Of a stretch of DNA of 64,000 bases, positions 38,713-48,916 are shown in pieces. The translations under genes were made by a program, and so were the position numbers. The stretch covers positions 384,001-448,000 of the forward strand of contig CAWHFW010000005.1 of the NCBI GenBank assembly GCA_963828735.1, given 5' to 3'. Position 1 is the first letter of the stretch, and the number at the start of each line of letters is the position of its first letter. This stretch comes from an uncultured Gemmatimonadales bacterium (GTDB taxonomy: Bacteria; Gemmatimonadota; Gemmatimonadetes; Gemmatimonadales; GWC2-71-9). The notes beneath the pieces were generated by a model that did not search any database, was not told where the DNA came from, and saw only the letters and a program-made list of their open reading frames with translations.

Positions 38713-39690
38713 ATGCCGCCGTTGAAAGCCCTGAAGATCGCCGGAATGGTGTTCGCCGTGCTGATCGTCGCTGCCCTCGGCCTCTACGCGTGGGCCGCCG
38801 CGGCATCGAGCCGGAAGCTCGCCCGCCGGTACGAGGTGCACACGGTTGACTTCCCCATTCCGTTCCCCCTCAGCGCGCAGGAGGTCGCGAGCGGCCGGCT
38901 CACGACCGACTCGGCCAACGAGCTCGCACGGAACCGGGCGCTCGAGCGGGGGAGACATCTGATCGAGGCCCGCTACGCCTGCAGCGAATGTCACGGGTCG
39001 GGGTTCGGCGGGGGGGTCATGATCGACGATCCGGCCATCGGCCGCATCCTCGGGCCGAACCTCACCGCCGGGACCGGAAGCCGAACCGCGGGTTTTCGGC
39101 CGGCGGACTGGGACCGGATCGTCCGCCACGGCGTCAAGCCCGGCGGCGTGCCCGGGCTCATGCCGTCGGTGGACTTCCGGAGCATGAGCGACCAGGAGCT
39201 GTCCGACATCGTGCTCTACATCCGGTCGCAGCCACCGGTGAACCACCTGGTGCCCTCGTCGACGCTTGGCCCGGTCGGGAAGATGCTGGTCGCCACCGGG
39301 AAGTTCACCCTGTCCGCCGATCTCATCGGGTCGCACCCCGTGCCCCATGCCCTCACGCCACCCGAGGCCGCGCCGACGATCGAGTTCGGCAAGCACGTCG
39401 CGACGACCTGTTCGGGCTGCCATCGGGACGACCTCGGCGGGGGACCGATCGTGGGCGGCGATCCGAGCTGGCCGCCGGCGGCCAACTTGACGCCGGGAAG
39501 CGGCGGGATCGGCGGCTGGACCTTCGCGCAGTTCACCACCGCGATGCACGAGGGAAAAAGACCGGACGGCACGTCGCTCCGCGCGCCGATGTCGGGCGTG
39601 GTGCAATACGCGCGGAACTTGACGGACGTGGAGATGCAGGCGCTGTGGAGCTATCTGCGGTCGCTGCCCGCAGTCGCCGCCCGCAAGTGA
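38713..39690 (+). CDS. Membrane-anchored dihaem cytochrome c
   Basis: CSECH and CSGCH motifs, PNLT repeats, LMP/APM axial Met; AGGAG RBS. Confidence 0.92.
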   Translation: MPPLKALKIAGMVFAVLIVAALGLYAWAAAASSRKLARRYEVHTVDFPIPFPLSAQEVASGRLTTDSANELARNRALERGRHLIEARYACSECHGSGFGGGVMIDDPAIGRILGPNLTAGTGSRTAGFRPADWDRIVRHGVKPGGVPGLMPSVDFRSMSDQELSDIVLYIRSQPPVNHLVPSSTLGPVGKMLVATGKFTLSADLIGSHPVPHALTPPEAAPTIEFGKHVATTCSGCHRDDLGGGPIVGGDPSWPPAANLTPGSGGIGGWTFAQFTTAMHEGKRPDGTSLRAPMSGVVQYARNLTDVEMQALWSYLRSLPAVAARK

Positions 39691-39788
39691 GGTCGGCGAG
39701 GGGGTGAGCCGCCCGGGGTGATTGCTGGCGCATCCGGCACTGCGCACGTATGCTCCCCGCGTCGTCCCCCTGCAACAAGGGACCTCAC

Positions 39789-41771
39789 ATGCTCGACCAC
39801 CTGAACGCGGCGCTGGCCGACCGGTACACGGTGGAGCGCGAGCTGGGCCGGGGCGGCATGGCCTCGGTATGGCTGGCGCGCGACCGGCGCCACGATCGCG
39901 TCGTCGCCATCAAGGTGCTGCACCCGGAGCTCGCGGGCGCGATCGGCGTGGACCGGTTCGTTCGCGAGATTCGTCTCACCGCCAGGCTCCAACATCCCAA
40001 CATCGTCCCCGTGCTCGACTCCGGCGTCTTTCCGGGGCCGCGTGGCGATCCCCTCCCCTGGTACGCCATGGCGTACGTCCCCGGCGAATCGCTTCGCGTT
40101 CGGATGCAGCGCGAGCGCCACCTGCCGGTGGACGACGCGCTGCGCATCGTCGAAGACACCGCGTCGGCGCTCCAGGTCGCGCACCGCGAAGGCATCGTGC
40201 ACCGCGACATCAAGCCAGAGAACCTGCTGCTCGCCGAGGGGCGGGTATACGTCGCCGACTTCGGAATTGCGAAGGCGCTCCTCGAAACCGGCAGCGAGCG
40301 GCTCACCAGCACCGGCCTCGCCATCGGGACCCCCGTGTACATGAGCCCGGAGCAGGCCAGCGCGCAGCCGGTGGATGCCCGGAGCGACCAGTACAGCCTT
40401 GCCAGCGTGCTGTACGAGATGCTCGTGGGCGAGCCCCCCTTCACCGGCCCCACCGCGCAGGCGATCGTCGCCCGCCGGCTGGCGGAGCCGGCCCGCGCCA
40501 TCCGACCGGTGCGCCCCACGGTGCCGGCGGGCGCCGAGGCCGCGGTGCTGCGGGCACTCGAGCGGGTGCCGGCCGACCGGTTCCCCGACGTCGCGGCGTT
40601 CGCCGGCGCGCTGCGGGCCACGTCCACGCCGGTCGAAGGAAGGCGAGTCCGGCCGGGGAGGTCGGCGATTCGCGCCGTCGGCGGAACGCTGCTGGTCGCG
40701 GCAGTCGTGCTCGGTGTGTGGCTTCTGGCTCACCGGCAAAGCGAGGTACGAGACGCTCGGGACCCGGACGTGATCGCGCTGTACCAACGCGGCGTCCATG
40801 AGTACGACAAGCGCACGCCGGAGTCCATCGGCGAGGCGGTTCGCGCCCTCACGGCCGCCGTCCGGCGGGACTCGACATACCGCGAAGCATGGGCGGCGCT
40901 CGCCAAGACCTACGTCCGCGCCTACGACCGGCGGTTCGTCTTTTCCGGCATGGCCCGCGACAGCGTTCTCCGGCTCGCGGTGGCGGCGTCGGATCGCGCC
41001 ATGGCGGGGGCTCGCCCCAGCGCGGAGGCCTGGGCGACCCAGGCGATCGTGAGCCGGATCGTGGACCCGACCGATCGCACGTCGCCCATCCGATCGCTGC
41101 GGCAGGCGCTGGCGCTCGACTCGACCGATGCGGAGGCCTGGCACTTCCTCGCACTCAGCCTGGCCGAGGCACGCGACCTGGACGGCGCGTTCGAGGCCTG
41201 GCGCCGCTCGGTCGCGGCGGACCCAAGCTATGCCGACGGGCAGGGGCTCGCGTTCCTGGCCCTCGGCCACTACTGGCGGCACCAGTACGACAGCGCAGCG
41301 CGCTGGGCGGACAGCGCCATCGCTCTGCAGCCGAATTCCCTGCTGGCCCGGGGGGTGGTGGGTTACATCGCCATCGAACGAGGTGACGTCGCGCGAGGGC
41401 GGGCGGCCTTCGACGCGGCGGAGCGGCTCAGCACGGGCATCGAGGTGCCCAACGCACTGGGCGGAAGGGCGCTGGCCGAGGCACGCGCGGGCGCTCCGAG
41501 AGCGGCGCGGGGCATTCTCCAACGGGCCGAGTCGCTGGCCGCCTCCTACTCGCCGACGCCGCTGCACACCGCGGTGTTCCTCGCCCAGGCGTATGCCGGT
41601 CTCGGAGACAGGGACCGCGCCATCGCATGGTTACGGCGGTACGCGCCGCGCAATGATCTCCACTTTCAGCTCCACCTCCGCTGCGATCCTCCGTTCGCGG
41701 CGATCGAGGCCGATCCGCGTTTCCGTTCGCTCCTCCTCGCCCCCAGGCCGGCCGGGTCGCAGGGCTGCTAG
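39789..41771 (+). CDS. Ser/Thr protein kinase with TM and TPR-like C-terminus
   Basis: GRGGMA, VAIK, HRDIKPEN, DFG, GTP.YMSPEQ; helical repeats; ATG 39789 with AAGGA RBS. Confidence 0.94.
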   Translation: MLDHLNAALADRYTVERELGRGGMASVWLARDRRHDRVVAIKVLHPELAGAIGVDRFVREIRLTARLQHPNIVPVLDSGVFPGPRGDPLPWYAMAYVPGESLRVRMQRERHLPVDDALRIVEDTASALQVAHREGIVHRDIKPENLLLAEGRVYVADFGIAKALLETGSERLTSTGLAIGTPVYMSPEQASAQPVDARSDQYSLASVLYEMLVGEPPFTGPTAQAIVARRLAEPARAIRPVRPTVPAGAEAAVLRALERVPADRFPDVAAFAGALRATSTPVEGRRVRPGRSAIRAVGGTLLVAAVVLGVWLLAHRQSEVRDARDPDVIALYQRGVHEYDKRTPESIGEAVRALTAAVRRDSTYREAWAALAKTYVRAYDRRFVFSGMARDSVLRLAVAASDRAMAGARPSAEAWATQAIVSRIVDPTDRTSPIRSLRQALALDSTDAEAWHFLALSLAEARDLDGAFEAWRRSVAADPSYADGQGLAFLALGHYWRHQYDSAARWADSAIALQPNSLLARGVVGYIAIERGDVARGRAAFDAAERLSTGIEVPNALGGRALAEARAGAPRAARGILQRAESLAASYSPTPLHTAVFLAQAYAGLGDRDRAIAWLRRYAPRNDLHFQLHLRCDPPFAAIEADPRFRSLLLAPRPAGSQGC

Positions 41772-42232
41772 CCGCCTGCCGATCGCCGCAGCCGCGTCAC
41801 CACCCGGTCGAGTGCAGCCGCGAAGGCCTGCCTGGCTCGAGCGTCGTATGGGGGCGGTCCTCCCGTGACCATGCCGGCGATACGGGCCTGATCCATGAAG
41901 TCGCGCACCGAGAGCCGCTCGCCGATCGTCTCGGCGGTATGCTCCTCTCCGCGTGGATCGAGAACGGCCACGCCCTTGGGCACGAGCAGCGCGGCGAGCG
42001 GCACGTCCTGGGTGACGACGAGATCGCCGGCGGTCGCGTGGGCCGCGATGTACTGGTCGGCGACGTCGGCGCCGCCGTCCACCCTGACCGCCTGGACGTG
42101 CGGGTTCCCGGGCGGCGTCTGCAGCCGCTGGTTGGCGACGAGGACGGTTTCGATCGCCAGGCGCTTGGCCGCGCGGAACACCAGTTCCTTCACGTCTCGG
42201 GGCGCCGCGTCGGCGTCGATCCAGATCTTCAG
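41768..42232 (-). CDS. YaiI/YqxD (UPF0178) family protein
   Basis: KIWIDADA.P, VAN, D.AD..I, GDLVVT.D.PLA, DPRG, GGPPP. Start codon uncertain. Confidence 0.88.
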   Translation of the reverse strand: MKIWIDADAAPRDVKELVFRAAKRLAIETVLVANQRLQTPPGNPHVQAVRVDGGADVADQYIAAHATAGDLVVTQDVPLAALLVPKGVAVLDPRGEEHTAETIGERLSVRDFMDQARIAGMVTGGPPPYDARARQAFAAALDRVVTRLRRSAGG

Positions 42233-42386
42233 GGTGGGCTCGCGCGGTGGAGGGGAGACGGAGTTACGGCGTGCGTGTGCCCACGGCGTCGTCCCCCCAC
42301 GTGAGCGTCGAGCAGCAGCGGAAGCCGCCACACTCCCCCGCGCGACGGGCCACCCCCGAGCCTCACCACCGCGAGCGTGACCATCG

Positions 42387-44033
42387 CTAGCGCTGAACCA
42401 CCGGCGATGTGGCGGGTTTCGGCTCGTCGAGCAACCCAGGGTCGGCCCGGTAGAAGCGGTACGGCTGCTCGCCCGACACGTACATGTCGTCGTCGTTTGG
42501 CGGGAGGTCGGCATTGAAGTAATACCGAAGCACGTTTCCGAGGACGTTCACCAGCGTCACCGGCTCGCGGAACGCGCTGGCACCTTCCGCCGGGAGGTAG
42601 AAGGCGCCGAACGCCCCGAAGCGCTCGCGAATGAACGCCTTCGAGACGCGTTCCGGGTGTCCATAGAACCCGACATCGGCGAACCGCGGACCGTGGTCGC
42701 CGACCACGAGGATCACCGGCGGTGTCGGCGAGCGCCGGAGCAGAGTCGTCACCAGATCGAGCACCAGGTGGTCGACGCACCGCACCTGGCCGATGTAGTC
42801 GGCACGTTGCTCGGGTGTATCGGCCTCCTGGTCGTCCGGAATCCCATGGGCGAGAGGACGGCACCGATCGTCCACCAGGTACGGCACATGGGGGAGGAGG
42901 ATGTGCGCGAAGGTGAAGGTCGGCGCAGGGTTCGCCGCCACCGCGCGCAGACCCTCGAACGAGCGGAGAAAGTGCTCCACGACCGGGACCGGCGCTCGAT
43001 CCGCCCCGAGGACGAAACGCAACAACGACGAGCGCAGCACGGCGAGCCGCAGCTCCGTGCGGCGGACCTCGTGCTCGAGCTCGAACGCCGGGCCGGGGTC
43101 GAACTCCGCGTCGGCCAGCGGACTGGTCGACGTGGCCGCCCACCACGCCGACGGGAAGAGCACATACTCGTACCCACGTGCCTTCAGGAATCGTGCGGCG
43201 CGGTTGTACTTCACCAGATACGTGGGCAGCGAATGGTCCTTGCTCGTAACACCCGCGTCCCTGGCGAGCCTCGTCACGTGCGCGAAGTTCAAGAGCGACG
43301 AGACCGACAGGTAGGTCTGCACGTAGTTGCTCCGCACGTTCCGGGGCACCAGAAACCCGAGCGCGCGCAGGCTGTCCTCGAACCGCGAGTTGTCGAACCC
43401 GAACACCTCCTCCAACACTCTGGCATTGGCGTGCCCGTCGAGCACGATCAGATAGATGTCGCGGGGTGGCGTGTTCCGGCTCGGCGGCGGCGCGCCGACG
43501 GTGCGTACCGGTACCGCGAGCTCGCGTGCGAGGCCGCTCCGCCGCGCCGCCCGTGGCCCGCGCGCCTGCGAGAGCACCACCTGCGACCCTACCATGAGCA
43601 GCAGCAGGAGGCCGAATCGCGTCATGAGCGCGCTCACGCCGAGCAGCCGCTCGCGCGGCTGACGGAGCAGCCAAGCCGCCGCCGCGAGCGTGGCGAGGAC
43701 GCCGACCGGCACGAGCACGCTATCGCGCGAAACGCCTGGGCTGAGAGCGGCGATCGCGTTCCGCGCAGGGACATAGTAGAAGAACCACGCCACGGCGAGC
43801 ATGGCCAGCGCCGCCGCCAGGGGCGCCGCTCGATCGGCCCGGTCGAGCAGGCGCACCACCGCGTACGTAGCCGCCACCGCCAAAACGGCTAGGAGGGTCA
43901 CCGCGGCGAGCACCACGATGAGGTCGGATGGGCGGTACTGTCCCGTGCTGGTCGCCGCGATGCCCAGCACGAGCGAGGCGGCGAAGAACACCGGGTACAG
44001 CAACGGATAGAATGGCCCCCCGCGGGGTGCCAT
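42387..44033 (-). CDS. Membrane-anchored sulfatase/LtaS-like phosphotransferase (alkaline phosphatase superfamily)
   Basis: About 5 N-terminal TM segments; IYLIVLDG, SNY.QT..S, PH.PY, GDHG. Confidence 0.82.
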   Translation of the reverse strand: MAPRGGPFYPLLYPVFFAASLVLGIAATSTGQYRPSDLIVVLAAVTLLAVLAVAATYAVVRLLDRADRAAPLAAALAMLAVAWFFYYVPARNAIAALSPGVSRDSVLVPVGVLATLAAAAWLLRQPRERLLGVSALMTRFGLLLLLMVGSQVVLSQARGPRAARRSGLARELAVPVRTVGAPPPSRNTPPRDIYLIVLDGHANARVLEEVFGFDNSRFEDSLRALGFLVPRNVRSNYVQTYLSVSSLLNFAHVTRLARDAGVTSKDHSLPTYLVKYNRAARFLKARGYEYVLFPSAWWAATSTSPLADAEFDPGPAFELEHEVRRTELRLAVLRSSLLRFVLGADRAPVPVVEHFLRSFEGLRAVAANPAPTFTFAHILLPHVPYLVDDRCRPLAHGIPDDQEADTPEQRADYIGQVRCVDHLVLDLVTTLLRRSPTPPVILVVGDHGPRFADVGFYGHPERVSKAFIRERFGAFGAFYLPAEGASAFREPVTLVNVLGNVLRYYFNADLPPNDDDMYVSGEQPYRFYRADPGLLDEPKPATSPVVQR

Positions 44034-44034
44034 C

Positions 44035-45417
44035 CTAGGCCTCGCGCCGATGCATCAGGTACAGCGAGCGCTGCGAATCGTCGATGGGCGCCTTCGTTGC
44101 GATCTCGTAGTGACGCTCGAATGCGCGCTCGAAGCCGTCCTGCGTGTATTCCGGGAAGATGTCCGGGCGGTTCCGGAGCAGCCGCTCGACCTGCGAGTCC
44201 GATTTCGGGACGAACTCGACCACCAGGCTCCGGCCGAGTCGGGCGAAGAGCTCGGCGATGCGCTGGAGCGGGACGTTGTTCGGGATGGCCAGGTGATGGA
44301 CGAGCGCCAGCGCGATGACGGCGTCCGCCGGCCCACGAGCCTCGAGAGACGAGCGCTCCTCGTGCGCCCATCCGATGGCGGGGGACGGGTTCATCAGATC
44401 GAGCTGCAGCGGGAGGAGTCCCGTCTCCCCACGCCGGCGGACCTCGCGGTAGTTCAACTCCACTGCCGCGGGGTCGGCGTCGAAACAGACAACCGACGGG
44501 ACTATCTCCCGCGCCGTACGGCTGAACTCACCCGTGTTTCCGCCCAGGTCCCACACCGTCCGTGGCTTGGCCGAGGCGAGGTAGTCGCGCACCAGACGTT
44601 GCTTCGCCGCTCGCGCGCCCTCCGAGTAATTGTGGTCCCTGGCGTAGTCCGCCCACGGCGTGCCCGCCGGCCGCCAATTGAGCCGCTCCACCGCGTTGCG
44701 CAGGCTGGCCACGAACCCTAGCAGTCCGCGCTTGCTCAGCCCCCGGCTCCGCGTCACGGCCGCGACGGATGCCCCCTGGTATCGCTTGGTCGCCCGCGCG
44801 TGCATGTGCACGTGCAACAGCATGCCGGCGCGCGCCCAGGTCCACCGGGGAAGCAGCGCGCTCCCAAGGTCGACCGGGACACCGTCCATGTACTCGCGCT
44901 GGAGCCGGCCGCAGCGAACATCGCGCATGCTCATCAGCGCGAGCGGTACGAGGAAGTGCTCGCAGAACTGCTTGTAGGCCGCCCAGGGCTCACCCTCGCG
45001 GTAGCGAGCGAACGAGAGCGTGTCGATCAGGATCGGGCGCGCGTCGCGAAATTGCACGTTGTAGGCGCTCGCATCCCGCAGGACGAACCCACGGGCCAGT
45101 GCGCGCTCCTGTACGTCGAGGGTCAACAAAGCCGCGTCCTTGAGCTCTCCGAACGTCCACTCGTACGGGTACGAGACGAACTCGATGCGCGTCGGTTCGA
45201 TCACCGCGTGGGCATCGGGCGAGGATGCCCGCTCGATGCCCACGGGACGGTGCGGGATCAGGAGCCCACCGGCCGCGAGCTCGTCGTAGAGCCCGGAAGC
45301 CACACACGCGTCGAACTCTTCGGCGAAGACCCGGTTGACCTGCCGATAGAGCACACCATCGGCGAGGTAGACGAATCCGCTCGGGTCGCGGAACGAGCCC
45401 CGCACGTCTTCCACCAT
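44035..45417 (-). CDS. NoeA-like class I SAM-dependent methyltransferase
   Basis: SFRDPSG, SYPYEW.F, LRDASAYNVQF, W.AY.QFC, WDLG.NTG.FS, ALALVHHLAI. Confidence 0.88.
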   Translation of the reverse strand: MVEDVRGSFRDPSGFVYLADGVLYRQVNRVFAEEFDACVASGLYDELAAGGLLIPHRPVGIERASSPDAHAVIEPTRIEFVSYPYEWTFGELKDAALLTLDVQERALARGFVLRDASAYNVQFRDARPILIDTLSFARYREGEPWAAYKQFCEHFLVPLALMSMRDVRCGRLQREYMDGVPVDLGSALLPRWTWARAGMLLHVHMHARATKRYQGASVAAVTRSRGLSKRGLLGFVASLRNAVERLNWRPAGTPWADYARDHNYSEGARAAKQRLVRDYLASAKPRTVWDLGGNTGEFSRTAREIVPSVVCFDADPAAVELNYREVRRRGETGLLPLQLDLMNPSPAIGWAHEERSSLEARGPADAVIALALVHHLAIPNNVPLQRIAELFARLGRSLVVEFVPKSDSQVERLLRNRPDIFPEYTQDGFERAFERHYEIATKAPIDDSQRSLYLMHRREA

Positions 45418-45560
45418 CAGGGTTTCTCGCTCCGGCCGAGCAACCTCCGGAAGAAGCGCTTCACCGATTCCCGCGCGCTCTTGACGCTGGCCGTCACGGC
45501 GAGGACGCCGGCAGCCAGCACCTGCAGGATCAGGCTTCCAGCTGCAGGATCGATGTACAT
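45417..45560 (-). CDS. Small membrane peptide with YIDPxxGS motif
   Basis: GAGG RBS; MYIDPAAGSLILQVLAAGVLA...; TGATG coupling to the downstream gene. Confidence 0.78.
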   Translation of the reverse strand: MYIDPAAGSLILQVLAAGVLAVTASVKSARESVKRFFRRLLGRSEKP

Positions 45561-45633
45561 GCGGACCTCATCGTGAGAGTGTGACCCAGCGTGTGTTCCC
45601 GACGCACAGATCCCGCAGACCGACCGAACGACG

Positions 45634-46164
45634 TCAACCTTGCCCACCGCCATTCGATCCCGACGTGACGTGCGCACCCCGGGCGTAGGACATGGCCGGC
45701 TTGGCCAGCTGTCGCCGAAGGAAGGCAATCTGGCCCAGATGATAGGAGTCGTGCTGCACCAGGAAAGCGATCAGACCCAGCCGAGTGCTGTCTCCGAGCG
45801 GGAAGCGGTGCACATTGGACTCGGACAGCTCCGCCTCCGTCATCCGCTCCAGAATCTCACGCAAGTGCAGGCTGACAGATAGCCACCCGGTCCGGATCTC
45901 CTCCAGCGTCGGCCATTCGCCAATGTCCGCGAGGCTTCGCGCATCGGCGAGATAGGGAGCGAGCGGATTGGCGAGCGAGTCCCCCAGCCTTTCGACCAGG
46001 AAGTGCCGGGTATCCGTCAGATGGGCGGCTAGGAACGCCACGTTGTTCCCACCCCCGTCGAGGCAGCGCCGCGCCTCCGCGTCCGAGAGATCGCCGATAC
46101 AGTTGAGCAGCAGATCGGTGTTGAGGTCGAAGATGGCGGCCAGCGGAGCGAGCTGGGAATTCAT
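45634..46164 (-). CDS. DinB family protein
   Basis: AGGAG RBS; N..F...H, H.SYHLGQI..LRR. Confidence 0.87.
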   Translation of the reverse strand: MNSQLAPLAAIFDLNTDLLLNCIGDLSDAEARRCLDGGGNNVAFLAAHLTDTRHFLVERLGDSLANPLAPYLADARSLADIGEWPTLEEIRTGWLSVSLHLREILERMTEAELSESNVHRFPLGDSTRLGLIAFLVQHDSYHLGQIAFLRRQLAKPAMSYARGAHVTSGSNGGGQG

Positions 46165-46495
46165 GAGGTCATCTCCTGGCGCTGACCGTTCGCTGCCGAC
46201 TCGGACGCGCGTCACCCAGGCACGCATTCGGGTGGCTCACGGGTCGCGGCGGGCGGCGAGAAGATCGGATGGCGAGTCGCCTGTGGCCGTGAGGGTGGGG
46301 AATGGAGAAATCTCGTGCGGCCGATCGGCGGCGCTAAGCGGGCCGAGCCTGGGTCCTGCCGGCCCTCAGGCGGGCCAGGTGGGGGTAAGACATCCCCATT
46401 CAGGCCCCAGATCACCCCAAGAATCACCGGGCCCCGTCGCACGGGCGAATTCTCGACAGGAATCGTGAAGAGCTAGACGCAGTCGCGGTGGGCGG

Positions 46496-47098
46496 TCAGG
46501 CCTGCTTCCGGTTTCGCTCCCGAAGCCGGAGCAGGGCGGCCATCATCTCGCTGGCGGCGGCATGGTGCTCCTTCGCGAGCGCGACCTGGCGGGCCGCGAG
46601 GGAACGCGACTCGGCGGCGTCGGCGCGGGCCAGGCGGGAGCGCTGGCGGGCCGCCTGCGACTCGAGCACGAGCGGCTCGACCACGGCAGCCAGGTGCTCG
46701 ATCGAGAATGGCTTGTGGACGAAGGGGACTTCCTGGAGGTCGGGCGGCAGCTCGGACGATCCCGACATCGCAACCAGTGAAAGGTCTGGGCGGCACTCCT
46801 GGAGGACGGCGATCAGCTCGGCCCCGGAGACCACCGGCATCTCGAGATCGGTGACGACGGCGTCGAACAGATGCGCCTCGTCCCGCCCGATGACCTGGAT
46901 GGCATGCTCCCCGTCGGCCGCCTCGACCACCGTGATACGACTGAGCTCGAGCATGCGCCGCACCGAGCGCCGGACCATCGGATCGTCGTCCACGACCAGC
47001 AACGTCGATCCTTCCGGCAGGTTGCGCTCGGTCGAGCTCGAGATCGAAATCGGCCATGCGAGCCACCGTGTCGATGGTGATTTCGGGGGAGGGTGCAT
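46496..47098 (-). CDS. Response regulator receiver protein with coiled-coil tail
   Basis: LLVVDDD, VTDLEMP..SG, AMSG, KPF. The 5' end is uncertain. Confidence 0.78.
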   Translation of the reverse strand: MHPPPKSPSTRWLAWPISISSSTERNLPEGSTLLVVDDDPMVRRSVRRMLELSRITVVEAADGEHAIQVIGRDEAHLFDAVVTDLEMPVVSGAELIAVLQECRPDLSLVAMSGSSELPPDLQEVPFVHKPFSIEHLAAVVEPLVLESQAARQRSRLARADAAESRSLAARQVALAKEHHAAASEMMAALLRLRERNRKQA

Positions 47099-47158
47099 CC
47101 GTAATATGCGGCCGCCGAACGCCGGAGGCCAGCGCCCATGCCACGCGCCTGGTACCGC

Positions 47159-48916
47159 CTACTTGGAACGCGTCCCCTGGGGATCCACGTGCAGGACCGC
47201 CATCATGCCCGCGCCGAGGTGCTCCGCGATGTGGCAGTGCAGCATCCACGCGCCGGGGTTGGACGCGTCGATCAACAGGTCCACCGTCGAGCCGACCGGA
47301 ACCAGCGCCGTATCCTTCCACACGAGGTTCCTGGTTGGGACGCCGTCACGCGCAACGACCAGCATGCGCTGGCCGTGCAGGTGAATCGGATGTTGCATCG
47401 GATGGAACGAGCGCGGGTCGTTGAAGATCCTGAGCTTGACCACCGACCCCTGCTTCACGTGCCAGTCGATGGCGTCGTTTTCCTTACCCGTCGCGTCGTC
47501 CCGCAAAATCCAGCGCACCTGCGCCGAGGTCGAGAGCCAGTTCATGTCCGGCATGCCGTCCACCCACTCGACCGGCGCGTAGTAGGCGGTATCGATCGTC
47601 ATGAACTGAACTGTGGCGAGCGGCAGCCCGGACGTGCGCACAGTCAGCGTGAGGCGCTTGTCGGGCGGCGTGCCGAAGTAGGGCCGGAACCGCTCGATGT
47701 CCTTGGACACCTCGGCGTTGGCGCGGAGTCGGTCGAACGCGGCGCCGTGGTCCGGCGTGGCCGGCGCGGAATCCACCATCACGACGCCGAGCGTATCCGC
47801 CTGCGCCTCGAACTCCCCGCGATAGTGGTTGATGGCCTGCACGGCGTTGACCAGCGGATAGCGGCCCGGACGATCGAACCGCACCTCCGCGATGTAGCGC
47901 TCCGCCGGCGCCAGCACGACGCTCGGCACCCGGACCTCGCGCTCGAACCGGCTCACGTCAGAAGCGAGAACCTTGATCGGCGCGCCGCCGAACGAAAGGT
48001 TGAACGTCCGTGAGCTCGCGGCGTTGGTGAGGTAGAAGCGCACCACCTCGCCGCGATGCACGTGCAGCGTGTAGTCGGGCTCGCCGTTCACGAGCAGCAG
48101 GTTGCCGACCCGGCCCATCAGGGTGAAGTCCGGCGCCTCGCGGCCGTACGGGATGAGAGTGTCCCGCTGCATCAGCAGATCGCCCAGTACCAGCGCCTGC
48201 TCCTGGTTGGCCGGCGAGTAGTAGTCCTGCTCGGGCGAGTCCACGAGCATGTTGCCGACGAGACCCATCGCCTGCTCGATGTCCTCGCGCACGTGCGGGT
48301 GATACCAATAGACGCCGGCGTCGGGAAACCGGACCGTATAGACGAAGTCGCCTCCCGGCGGCACCGGCTCCTGGGTGACCCCGACCGCGCCGTCCGAGCG
48401 ATTGTCCAGCCGCACGCCGTGCCAGTGCACGCTGCTCGGCAGGTCGATCCGGTTGTGGAAGCGGACGGTGATCGTGGCCCCCTGAGGAACACGGATGAGC
48501 GGCCCCGGCACCTGGCCGTTGAACCCGTACATGGCGAACGCGTGCCCGCGAATCGTGCGTCGGAGCAGCGCGGCCGTGAGGTCGAGGGTGTCGCCGCGCC
48601 GGAGCGGCGTGAGCGATGCGGGCCTGGCGACCGGAAGGCGCATCGGATCGGAGCCCCCGCCCGGGACAAAGGACGCGACGGCGGGGGTGAGGCCCACGAG
48701 TCCCGGCATCATCGCCATCCCCCGGGGCATCGGTACGGGCATCGCCATCGCGGTGTCCGAAGGCGCCATACCGGGCATGTCCTTCATGCCACGCATGTCG
48801 TGCGCCGGCTGCTGTGCGGGTTGCTGCGCCGCGAGGGACGAGCTCGCCATCGTGCTGGCGGCGACGGCGGCTCCGAGCGTCGCCCGCACCAGGCGTGCGC
48901 ATGCGGTGCCGCTCAT
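47159..48916 (-). CDS. Three-domain multicopper oxidase with Met-rich N-terminus
   Basis: HWHG, WYHPH, HPIHLHG and HCHIAEH...MM copper motifs; signal peptide; ATG 48916 overlaps the upstream stop. Confidence 0.94.
   Translation of the reverse strand: MSGTACARLVRATLGAAVAASTMASSSLAAQQPAQQPAHDMRGMKDMPGMAPSDTAMAMPVPMPRGMAMMPGLVGLTPAVASFVPGGGSDPMRLPVARPASLTPLRRGDTLDLTAALLRRTIRGHAFAMYGFNGQVPGPLIRVPQGATITVRFHNRIDLPSSVHWHGVRLDNRSDGAVGVTQEPVPPGGDFVYTVRFPDAGVYWYHPHVREDIEQAMGLVGNMLVDSPEQDYYSPANQEQALVLGDLLMQRDTLIPYGREAPDFTLMGRVGNLLLVNGEPDYTLHVHRGEVVRFYLTNAASSRTFNLSFGGAPIKVLASDVSRFEREVRVPSVVLAPAERYIAEVRFDRPGRYPLVNAVQAINHYRGEFEAQADTLGVVMVDSAPATPDHGAAFDRLRANAEVSKDIERFRPYFGTPPDKRLTLTVRTSGLPLATVQFMTIDTAYYAPVEWVDGMPDMNWLSTSAQVRWILRDDATGKENDAIDWHVKQGSVVKLRIFNDPRSFHPMQHPIHLHGQRMLVVARDGVPTRNLVWKDTALVPVGSTVDLLIDASNPGAWMLHCHIAEHLGAGMMAVLHVDPQGTRSK

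Noticed and set aside
46228..46495. Long intergenic region with small hairpins as a possible ncRNA
   Set aside because: No recognisable SRP, 6S, tmRNA, RNase P or riboswitch motifs; an Rfam search would be needed.
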